Shown one piece after another: positions 52,298 through 62,519 of a stretch of DNA of 64,000 nucleotides (positions within the stretch are counted from its first letter, which is position 1; the number at the start of each line of letters is the position of its first letter). Position numbers and translations under genes: made by a program. The DNA is from Paragordius varius. Taxonomy: Eukaryota; Animalia; Nematomorpha. The notes below the pieces were generated by a model. It did no database searches, was not told the DNA's origin, and was given only the letters and a program-made list of their open reading frames with translations. The stretch is taken from assembly GCA_964247055.1 (NCBI GenBank), contig OZ176051.1:7564001-7628000 (forward strand). The letters are read 5' to 3'.

Positions 52298-52984
52298 TTA
52301 AACATAAAGTATGCGATTGGAATGTTCATTATTGTTTAGCTTTAATATATGTGGAAGAGAGGATATATTATCATTAATGTTATGATTTGAACCGGAATCA
52401 TTAGGGTTACGGTCAGCATTTCTTTGAGGTAAATTTACTGATTTTATGGAATTAGTTGTATTGGCAACCGGGATATCATAATTAAACATATTGTCATTAG
52501 GGATTTTTGGGGTTTGTATTTCATCACTCCTATTTTCATTGATACCATTATGATAATTGGGATTTTCCAAAAAAGTTACAATATTTTGCTCAGGTTGTTT
52601 TATACTTTCAGTATATGATTTTGCGATTTGATTTTCACCCCCATTATGGATAACGGAGGATCTGTTAGGAACTATTTGTAATCGATCTTTAGTTAAATCT
52701 ACCATAAAAGTGTCCAAATTTTCAGGTCGGCCTTTATAGTTATTTAGAGTGGGTATTTTGCTTAATGCTCTTTGTTCTTTTTTATTTTTTAATTTCAGTG
52801 ATCGGAGGTAGGCAGTGGGTGCTGTTTGCCTTCGTTTATTTATGTTAGTTGCTTCATTTATAGGGTTAGACCCAATTAACCATGGATGATTGCCTTGATT
52901 AAGCCATTCGGTGAACACTTTTTTAAGTTTCATAACCGGGCTATTAGGAGCACTCCTTGATAATGCGTTTTGTTTTAATATCAT
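52298..52984 (-). CDS. Intronless 228-aa orphan ORF, in frame with the upstream 561-aa ORF
   Basis: ORF track. The junction reads AAT TTA TAA ACC ATG ATA on the minus strand. Confidence 0.6.
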   Translation of the reverse strand: MILKQNALSRSAPNSPVMKLKKVFTEWLNQGNHPWLIGSNPINEATNINKRRQTAPTAYLRSLKLKNKKEQRALSKIPTLNNYKGRPENLDTFMVDLTKDRLQIVPNRSSVIHNGGENQIAKSYTESIKQPEQNIVTFLENPNYHNGINENRSDEIQTPKIPNDNMFNYDIPVANTTNSIKSVNLPQRNADRNPNDSGSNHNINDNISSLPHILKLNNNEHSNRILYV

Positions 52985-52987
52985 GGT

Positions 52988-54673
52988 TTATAAATTTTTG
53001 GTAGCCATTTCCTTTGCGTTTGCAATCGTTTTTCGATCACTATCATACACGCGCAATTTTCCAGATGGAAACGTTACAATTTGAACGGGGGAGATTTGAT
53101 CCGTTACGCCTGACTTGGATTTCCCTATGTCCATGTGAAAACCTTTGTGTATAACAGGGTAGGGTACTTTTACTGTTTGAGTCGTACATTGTTCATCATC
53201 AACATCTACCATGGAATCTCCATCCATAAACATATCATATTTTTGTGTATTTATAAGTTCGGATTTATCAGAGATATGGCTGCGTGGCTGTTTTTTATGG
53301 AAAGAGCCAAGCCCTAAAAATTTCCCTGAAAACAAACGGGGCGGTGGGGGAGGTGCTTGAAAAACGCTAATATCTTTCTGTGGAATAATTGTTCCTTTAT
53401 CAAGTACTACGTTACCATTAGAATCAGTTATGTACGGTCTAGGTATAATATTATTTATAATGATTCTGTCGCGCATTGTGGCATCATATTTCTCATACCT
53501 TTTCCCTCCTGGCTTTTCAACAATCGTTTGGGATGTTTTTTTGTCCTTTTTGCTGGAAACGACTTTTTTCTTACTGCTAAATCCGCATTTACAACCAAAT
53601 TTATCTAAACAATTTGTAGCTTTGAGGAGATAACCAGTCCCTAAGAGAGCTGCTAATCCGACTGCCGCACCCGCAACATAAGCACCTGTATTCCGATTTT
53701 TCTTTCTTTTGACTGGATTTTGCTGTTTATCGGTGCTTGCTAAAGTGGCGTTTGGATAGGATGTTTGCATTCCAGGTGTGGACAATGTTCGATTTCTGAT
53801 TATAATCGTATTCTTATATGGTAATTCTTGTTGTACATAAATGGGTTTTGAGGTTCCATGTCGCTTATCACCTTTATCTAAAGTGTCTTTGACATGTTCC
53901 TTCAGGTCATCGGGATCAGGTGAGATATCACCACGTAATTTCTTTAATTTATATTTGATGATTGTATTATCATTTATATTTTGTCGTTTAGATCGGACAA
54001 CTTTATTAGTTTTTAGGGCATTCTCGTCACTTTTATTTGTTATCGCATCAACATCTAGTTTGTTCACAGTATCATGTTTAATCATGAAAAACTGTAAACA
54101 GATAAAGGATGACATTTTGTTATCGTTAGCAGATGGAACACTAGCATAAATATCAAATTTGTGGGTAATGCATGGTACCATTATTTCATTTGATATCACA
54201 GTACCTGCCTTTTGAGCATCTTTCTGGGCCAAAGGACACCGAATACGTATCCGGTTTTGTTGAAACACACCATAAAGTTCTGTTAAGTTTGGTTTTTCGC
54301 CTAAAATAAGTGAAAGTTTACGGACCGATTGATTACCCTGATCCCATGCTATTTCCGGGTTAGGTGGTTTATAAAGTTCAGAAGTTTTATACCATTGAGT
54401 GCTAATGATTTTCTTTAAATATCTCTGATTAATCTCGGAATTGAATTTAGCGTGCAAATTCAGTCTTATATCGTGATCTAAACAAGTCAATCGCATTATT
54501 TTATTTTGTCGTGAGTTTGGAGTTTGTGATGAAATATTGGTTACTTGAGGATTAGATATTGTAAAATGTTTACCAGATATCAATAGAGAATGGGTTGTTA
54601 TCATTTTCTTATTTTTTGTTTTATTAGATTGTTGGGTGTAATTTTCTCTGATTACATATGTATGAGATGGCAA
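52988..54673 (-). CDS. Intronless 561-aa orphan ORF; putative single-pass membrane protein with an RSKR motif and a Gly/Ala-rich hydrophobic segment
   Basis: A 1.7-kb stop-free frame in roughly 75% AT DNA is very unlikely by chance. It contains VVRSKR, KRKKNRNTGAYVAGAAVGLAALLGTGYLL, CLDKFGCKC and APPPPPR. The true start is unclear: first ATG near 54604, AG acceptor near 54650. Confidence 0.8.
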   Translation of the reverse strand: MPSHTYVIRENYTQQSNKTKNKKMITTHSLLISGKHFTISNPQVTNISSQTPNSRQNKIMRLTCLDHDIRLNLHAKFNSEINQRYLKKIISTQWYKTSELYKPPNPEIAWDQGNQSVRKLSLILGEKPNLTELYGVFQQNRIRIRCPLAQKDAQKAGTVISNEIMVPCITHKFDIYASVPSANDNKMSSFICLQFFMIKHDTVNKLDVDAITNKSDENALKTNKVVRSKRQNINDNTIIKYKLKKLRGDISPDPDDLKEHVKDTLDKGDKRHGTSKPIYVQQELPYKNTIIIRNRTLSTPGMQTSYPNATLASTDKQQNPVKRKKNRNTGAYVAGAAVGLAALLGTGYLLKATNCLDKFGCKCGFSSKKKVVSSKKDKKTSQTIVEKPGGKRYEKYDATMRDRIIINNIIPRPYITDSNGNVVLDKGTIIPQKDISVFQAPPPPPRLFSGKFLGLGSFHKKQPRSHISDKSELINTQKYDMFMDGDSMVDVDDEQCTTQTVKVPYPVIHKGFHMDIGKSKSGVTDQISPVQIVTFPSGKLRVYDSDRKTIANAKEMATKNL

Positions 54674-55126
54674 ATTAACTATTTTAATGGGGACAGGTGT
54701 GAATTTCGATCCATGGTCTTGAGCTGTTTCTAACGATTAAATAGTAAATTTGATAAAATAAATTATAAACTTATTTAATTTTGATATATAAAAGCGTCAA
54801 AAAAAATTTATTAACAAAAATTTAGAGTGTTGGCGTTTGTTTATACTTTATGCGTATAGTCAAACCCGAACTCCACAATTTTTCAATCTTCGGTGTCAGT
54901 CGTGGACCGGCGGGAGTTTTTAATACCCATGGTCCTTAACTCAAATTTATAACTTACTCTTTGAAAATTAGAAAAAAGGGGACTTTAGAATATATATGTT
55001 ACAAAAATGTATTAAATAGAAGAGGAATTTAAATTTAAAGCTTTGATTAAAATAAAAGCATAAAGCACAGAAAATATTTGAAATAAGGTTTTGCATAAGG
55101 GAAATCTATTAGTTTCCAACTATATA

Positions 55127-55402
55127 CCATTTACACATAAAATTCACCATTTACCACAAATTGACCCTTGAACCTTCAAATTCACCCTAAAAATATTATG
55201 TGTTTTTAAGCTAATCCGACTACTTATTGTTGATATAAATCATTTTTTCTGTATTATGTAAATTTTAAATAAAGTTTTATTATTATAAAAATCAAAATAT
55301 ATAGGTAATTTTTGATTTCCCAAAACATACTTAATTTTTAGGATACTTGAAATGTTCAAGGGTTAATTTGAAATGTTTTAGGGTGATTTGAGCGTAAATA
55401 TA
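55127..55402. mobile_element. MITE family A, degenerate copy 5
   Basis: TATATA-CCATTTACAC...AAATTCACCC at the left end and eroded GGGTTAATTTG / GGGTGATTTG repeats at the right end. Confidence 0.65.
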
Positions 55403-56454
55403 TGTATGAGGTAACACTTACTTTGCTAAATGTCCATATGTTTATGTACGAAAATCGGTTAATTTTAAAATGGTACCTAACTTATCGAACTTTTACTTAC
55501 CTGCTGATATTTCGAATTATTGTAATAGAGTCGAAGACACTAATTCCGATATTGGTAAATTAAAAATAGGAGGAGCTTACTTCCAAACAAACATATGCAC
55601 CTTAATAATATTATAGAATAGTTAATATGCTTTAGGGAAAAATTATATGTTTTACATTTTTATATTTATAACGTTATCAAAATGTTAGTATCTCTCAGAG
55701 AGGTTTTTTAACACTTCATTAACTTTTCACTTTTTTGTCCTAGTTTACATTTTGAGGTAGTTTTATTATATCCAGAGTTCAACATTTTCTAAATAATCTA
55801 CAGTTTTAAAAGTTATTTTATATCAAATTGTCATGTATTAAATAAAAAAAACTTATATTTTTTACAACTTTGTGTCTATAGAGCCTAAAATTGGGACCTC
55901 CAACATAATCGGAACAAACAGCTGATATTAAAATAATATTAAGTTCATGGTAAAATGTAATTTGAAGCTTTTTAAATTAATTATTTACATTTTCCAACCA
56001 TAATATACATTTATTTGCCTGTTGCTTTCGCGATATCAAAATTTGTGGAAGAAAATGGCGACAAAAAAGTTTGATGAGGATTTTTTTACATTTTTAATTA
56101 AAAAAATTTTTTGTATAATGTGGTCAAAAGACAAAAAAGCATATATTTAAATTCGGCTTAATACCTTAATTTAGATATTCAAATGATTCTGGGATATTTA
56201 ACTACCCCAAAAGGTAATGAAGTGTTAATAAACATGCATTGGCATTTAACAAAGCGAAGTGTTAAAGTCGTATAAAAATTTGATAAATGGAAAATATATG
56301 GAGAGGGGTGAAGTGAAACCAAAACCTAAATCAAAAATAACGCTTCAGATCTGTGGAAATAACTGAAATAAGAATGATTATATTCATATTTTTTCATCTT
56401 TAAATTAGGTGTATATTATGAGTGAGGTTAAATTAATGTTAGATAGAATTATAA

Positions 56455-57284
56455 AAATGGAAAATGCTGGCTTTGTGATCTGGTACAGGAAAACCGGTAG
56501 ACCCAATCAAATCCAAACTTCGAAAAAATATAATCATTTATGAATGCCCCGACAATAGCTTCGCCCTTTTTTTGAAATAGGCCCCCAGTTCGGGCCTACC
56601 CCGTATGAAAAACGGGTTTTTTTTGAAAACAGAAGTCCACAAAAATCGTGTCTTTGAGACAATTTTCCGGAGAACGTGTTGGACCATTCATTTTCAAATA
56701 TAATTTTTGTTTACTTATTTTCGATTGCGCTGAACATAGTCGAGCCACTTTTTTGATTTAGGCCCTCTTTTTACCCGCTCCCCCCGTAAAATGCCACCTT
56801 TTTCAAAAAACAAAGTCCACAAAAATAATTTTTTAAATCGATTTTTCGCCCTAGGTATGAGACCGTAAAAATTCGAGAAAGAAAGATTTTTCGTATTGTC
56901 TGTTAAAAGGCAAAAATTTTAGTTAAGCGTTTCTTTGATGAAAGCTGCTGAGTAAGAAATGTCTATCATATGTATTGGTTGTTAAAAATTATATGTATAA
57001 TAAACATTTTACCCGCTACCCCCGTAAAATACCATTTTTTTCAAAAAAAAACAAAGTCCACAAAAATAATTTTTTGATTGTATTTTTCCCCCAAGTAAAC
57101 AATATATTATTATGAATGCACCGTTTTAAAATTCCTATAAATTCATTTTTAAAGAATGTTTCGAAATAATCCACATATGTGGATCATTTTATTGTCCCTT
57201 ATTTCAAATAGCCCCCCCCCCCCCCCCCCCCCAGAAGTCCGAAGGACTTCCTCGTGCTGCGTAGCAGCACGAGATTTACGCTAG
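56455..57284 (+). mobile_element. Non-autonomous Helitron, copy 2 (~0.83 kb)
   Basis: Perfect 10-bp stem CTCGTGCTGC-GTA-GCAGCACGAG (57251-57273), a 7-nt spacer, then CTAG|T (57281-57285): the canonical Helitron 3' signature. The body is homologous to copy 1. Confidence 0.85.
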
Positions 57285-60200
57285 TTACAAATAATATCAA
57301 GTAATATTTAACAATAAAATTTCTTTAAACTTCATGAAGAAACAACTATAATTGAATTGGTTACAGCCATAAAATTTATAAATCCATTTCTTAAAAAACA
57401 TATATATTGTGGTAATATTGTAGCGCGACTGCGCTACACGCTACTCCAGATATATAAGTAGAATGATAGCATGGTCGCCTTTTGATAAAGAGATCAATTA
57501 TAAAAAAACTAATTTTATTATCAAATTTTACCGTTAGCTAATTGGCGGACCTCGATATTATTAAGTAAGTTTCAAAATTGATTAAAAATAATCTTACCCC
57601 CAAAAACGATTGGTGAAGGAGGAAATGGAATGTTTAGGTATTGTGAATAATGAATAATATCTTCAATGATCACAGATATGATTGCTAACACAATCAACGG
57701 TTTGATAAAATAATTAATAGATACGGTTGTAAAAGACATTTTTTGGGTTTTAAGTTATATTTAAATCCAATTTTTTAGAAATATAATATATTGGGGAGGA
57801 TTAAACATAGGTTTTTTTTTCGATAGAGAATTATTATTGGATGCATATTTTAATCTGTGTGGACAGTTGATTATGTCGGAAAAAATTTGTGATATATAAA
57901 TGTCATCAACGAAAAATTTTAGTTAATTATATATTATCGTGCGTGTTTATTGATTAAAAAGCGATTTGTTTATATAAAAAAAGGTGACGAAAAAGGCAAA
58001 AAAGGGTAAATATTTTGCGATCGAAATTAAAATTTTTAATTTTATTCTAAAAATATTCATATATATGTAAATAACATGGAAAACCCGATTTTTCACAACT
58101 AAAAATAATACAATTTAACACATTTATTTAAAACAATAGTTGTGTATAAAATATGAAAATTAATGCCTTAATTAATTAATTTTTTTTATAATTTATGTAC
58201 ATATCTCGTTGACAATAATATTAAATAATAATTGTTTGATGGTAGGATAAACCCATGTTGTGATAATGTTTTTTTCCCAGGTATTTGAATTGTGGATCTT
58301 GATTTTTTTACATAATTTTTGATAATATTTATCCTATGTTACGCGGAAGAATAAAAGAAGGCATTTATTAATATAAAATAATTTGATAAAACTCCATTAA
58401 TTATTTAACATTTTTGTTTAAGCTAAAATATTATTATCTGGTAATTTTATATTTTAAAAGCATTTTTAAAAACATTATTATAATAATATATGTTCTCAAA
58501 AAACCGTTATCATTTCAAAAGATTCATATATACATATTGATATTACAACATCCGCCTTATGTCAATAGACAGTTCATAAATATAACTTTATATTGTTTAA
58601 TCCATTTGAAAAGGTGGAATAGGGATACATTAGGTTATCAATAAACACCTTATTGTTATATAAAATTAGTTAAAATGGAGATTGTTATCTTAAAACAATA
58701 TTATTTATTTTTGTAAAAAGTTAATTAATTACGCCCACTTCTTGATTAATTTACTTATTACTAAGTCCATTCCCTTTTAAATTACAAAAAAAAAGTTAAT
58801 TGGTTTTTGATTAAATTGTAATGATTGGAAAAACGAGGATTATAAATAAAAGTGATATAACTTTACAAATATATAACAATTCAGTTTTCTTTCAGCTAAA
58901 AATGATGATAACCTTAGATAATAAACAACACGGTTATAACTATAAAACAATAATTTTTCATGTACACACTATTTCCGCTAAACTCTAACAATACTCAAAA
59001 TTTATAGAGTCATTACGCCTTTTTCTGTTTCAATGATCTTTGCACGTTTTAATTAATACAACATATAAATTTTATGGGCAAGGTTAACTTATTATTGTGC
59101 AATAAAAAAATATACATAACCTAATATTTCATTCATACTATAAATATTTTTGTACATATTAAAGGTCAAAATTTATTATTCGGTTATAACTGTAAAAACC
59201 GGAAATTTAATTAAATAAAAATTTTTTTTGCAATACTATAAGGTTAATGAATAAATAAATAAATATTTGTTGAGTGATAATAAAATTGGATGTGTGACAA
59301 TTTTTTGATCATTAGACTTTGGTGGTGTCATTTAAAGCACATATACAAATATATGTATATATGGGTAGAATGAATAAGCTATATGTTGGTTATTTATATA
59401 TAAATTATAATTATTTTAAGCCATTAATTTATGACATTTTATAATATAATTTATATAACTTCAAGGCAAACGAATGCCGCAGGGTAAATTTAATCTCAAT
59501 CATATATTTTGGTATAAAATTTAGCAAATACATAATTGAAGACCTAAATTTTTGAAAATACTGTGGTATTAAAGAGTTTACATAATTTTAAATTATTATA
59601 ACAGTATTGATATCAAGTTAAAATATCGGTTACCACTATATATAAGTTTTGATGGTTTAATTTATTTCAAGTTTACTTTTCCGCATCCTTGGTTACATGA
59701 ATATATTAATTTAATTCTACATATAAATAAAAAGTAACAGTATTTCATATGATTAATGTCAGATAAATTTAACATAATTATAAATTCAACCTGACATTAA
59801 ATATGTAGAGACACTGAAGAAATTATTCAATTATATAACTAACCTCTTTTAGTGTGGAAAGACGGAGCCCGCTTAAATTTTTTTCGGTCTAAATGTGTAG
59901 AGCCCTACTTAGCTCATGAGCAATTTTATGTTGAGAATTTAAATATCTGACCCTTTAAACCACTTGAATTCTTAAGAAAATTAGAAGTTTGTTAGTGATG
60001 TAACCGTGTTTATAAGCCCCTAAGCATTTACCCTTAACATTACCTCAAATAATATTAATCTCCGTACTAGACCGGAATTCAGGAATTTTGTTCAAATTAA
60101 ATCATAAGGATTCCGATTTAATAAATATAATATTAATTTTAAAGATGGGAATTTTCTAGGAAATTCCAAAACTATGGAAACAACACATTTGGAAAATATT

Positions 60201-60369
60201 TAAACAATTAAGCATTTTCTATTTATTACATGCACAAAATTTTTTCTGCCGAATACGGTAATAACCAGTTCTATTTTTTTATAAATATCAAACAGATTCG
60301 GTTGATTTAAAATGTCGGCAAGAACTTAACTCTAAAAATGCGATTTTTTATATATACTAAATCGTAAAT

Positions 60370-62300
60370 TGGCGGGTATAAAAAATATCCTGATGAAATC
60401 TAATATTCTGTAGGAAAATGTATAAGAATTATCATGTTGTTTTTAATTTGTATTTCATCATTTTTATTGATATCTTTTTCGATAGGAGGATTTAGTTTTA
60501 ACCTTTAACAAAATGTGCGCAAATTTTGCCATTTTTGGAAATAACTTTTTAAATCACGCGTAAGGGCTAAATCCAAAAGAACCATTGCTAATCCTGATAC
60601 ATTTTCCTATCAGAATATATTACCATTAACACTTCAAGCGTGTCCTTGAATACTTAAAGTTCGTCCTTTATACTTGTTTTTTTTAAACTATTATCAATCA
60701 AATCGTGTATCATTTATCTATTTTATCATTTTTAATCTATTTTGTTTATTTAACATAAACTTTAAATCAATATCAATTTTTAATAATTCAGAAACAGTTT
60801 AAAATTTTGTTTATATATTTTTAAGATTTTTACACTAATAAATATAAGTTTTGGTAATTACAATTTTTCATTAAAAACATTTGCAAATAATTTTATAAAT
60901 TTGGAAAAATTAGTTCAAATCAAAAAATTTGTTTTTCAAAAAATTTATTTATAATGAAATTATAATAAATAGATTAGGTGAAAAAATGATGAAATATCAA
61001 AATACATGCAAAAATTATGGCTACAAAAGTAAAAGTTTTAAGGAACAACTTCAAGTTTTCAAAGACCAATTCGAAAGGTCCAACTTGAAATGTTCAACAA
61101 CACTCTTGCAAATGGTTGATAGTTCATCGTATGTTTTTTAACATCCCTCCTAATTTCGGACGAAATGTATATTCTTTAAGCGCCGGCCATATTTTTGACC
61201 CAAAAATACGGCTAGCGAAGTTATTAGGCCCCATCTCTAAACAATAACATACTGTCAACAAAAAATAAGCTAATGAAATATATACATTCGGCCAGGAAAA
61301 TGTATCAGGATTGTCATGATGTTTTTGGTTTCTGCCCTTACGTGTAATTTAAGAATTTACAATTTTTTGGTACGTGCGCCTATTTTGATAAACAAATTTT
61401 TTCGGCGAAGGTTAATTCTTCTTTCGGAAAAAATATCACAAAAATATATCCTTTATATATAAAAAGCAGATCGATATTTAAAATAGTTTTAAATTTTTAT
61501 TGTGGGCTCCAAAAGTCTCAAATTTTTGATTCTTCTTAAATGGGCTAATTTCTAAAATAAACGCAAAACTCCGAGATTGCACGAGAAACAATTCTAATAT
61601 ATATATTATATATATAATTTTCATATCAACTAAAAATATTTCAAAAATGCATCCATTTTCCAAAATTTTTAAATTTTCTTGAGGTGTACTTTATATTAGT
61701 TTTAGGTACTATGAAAACGGTATAAAAGAGCGTTAAGATATATAAAAACACCTTTCAATATAATTCGATGATATTTTATAACCTCAGAATTGTAGTTAAA
61801 ATATTCACTCGTCTTCAATTTTTTAATACATATTGTTTTTTAAAAAAACTCACCAATAATTAACGAAGGATCCTTTTAAAATTCTAATGCGATAGAAGTG
61901 TTCAACATCATCGATTTACATAGAAAAAGTGTTTTATAGTATGATTTTTTTTATACCGTTTCCATCATGCTCCAAAACAGTGTGATACGCTTTAAAAAAA
62001 TTTCTGCTAAAAATTAAATTTTTGAAAAAGTATGAGTTTTACATTTAGATATCGAATTTTAACATAATTAAAATTTATATCGCCTAATATCGGCATTTTT
62101 GGGTTTATTTTAACTTAACTTGCCTATTTTAGAAGAGCAAATTGACTCGGAGCCTACGTTTAATAATTATTTTAAAAATAATCTATTACTTTTTAATGTA
62201 ATTTGTGATCTATTTTAGTTATATTTTTTGGAATGAAGCAATTGGCTTTCACCAAAATATATATTTAAAAATTGTGCGCAAACTTTGCCATTTTCTCATA
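60370..62300. mobile_element. Two degenerate copies of the Tc1-like family seen at 11465-12534 (~60370-60620 and ~61250-62300)
   Basis: Shared motifs AGGAAAATGTATCAGGAT..CATG..TTTTTGGTTT..GCCCTTACG, GGGCTCC.AAG and TGTGCGCAAA.TTTGCC. Boundaries are approximate. Confidence 0.45.
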
Positions 62301-62519
62301 TGGAGAGATATCCACAAAAATCGAAAATTACTTTTAAATTATTTATAAGGACGATAAAGCACAATCATAATTAATACATTTTCCTATTTATCTATATATT
62401 TATTTCATCAATTTTTGTATACCTCCCGATATTTAACTCAATGTAATGCATAATAATTATATATAACTATGGGGATGATAATTGGTTAATTTAAACTATA
62501 ATACATAAGTTTGCCCTAA

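Noticed and set aside
52988-52990. In-frame TAA as evidence for a ciliate-type genetic code (TAA=Gln)
   Set aside because: Conserved or clearly coding genes end in TAA at plausible positions (SLC17 21498, SOUL 27931), CAA/CAG encode Gln throughout, and long ORFs are free of TAA/TAG.
57420-57437. GC-rich hairpin GTAGCGC-GACT-GCGCTAC as a possible third Helitron end or terminator
   Set aside because: It is followed by CTAC rather than CTRR and no associated element body was found, so it is only suggestive.
57598-57739. Minus-strand 47-aa hydrophobic ORF (MSFTTVSINYFIKPLIVLAIISV...) ending at a good GTAAG donor, a possible signal-peptide exon for the 561-aa ORF
   Set aside because: Its phase (1) does not match the CAG acceptor near 54650 (phase 2). 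Joining needs a weak GAG acceptor or an unseen exon, so it is unsupported without cDNA.
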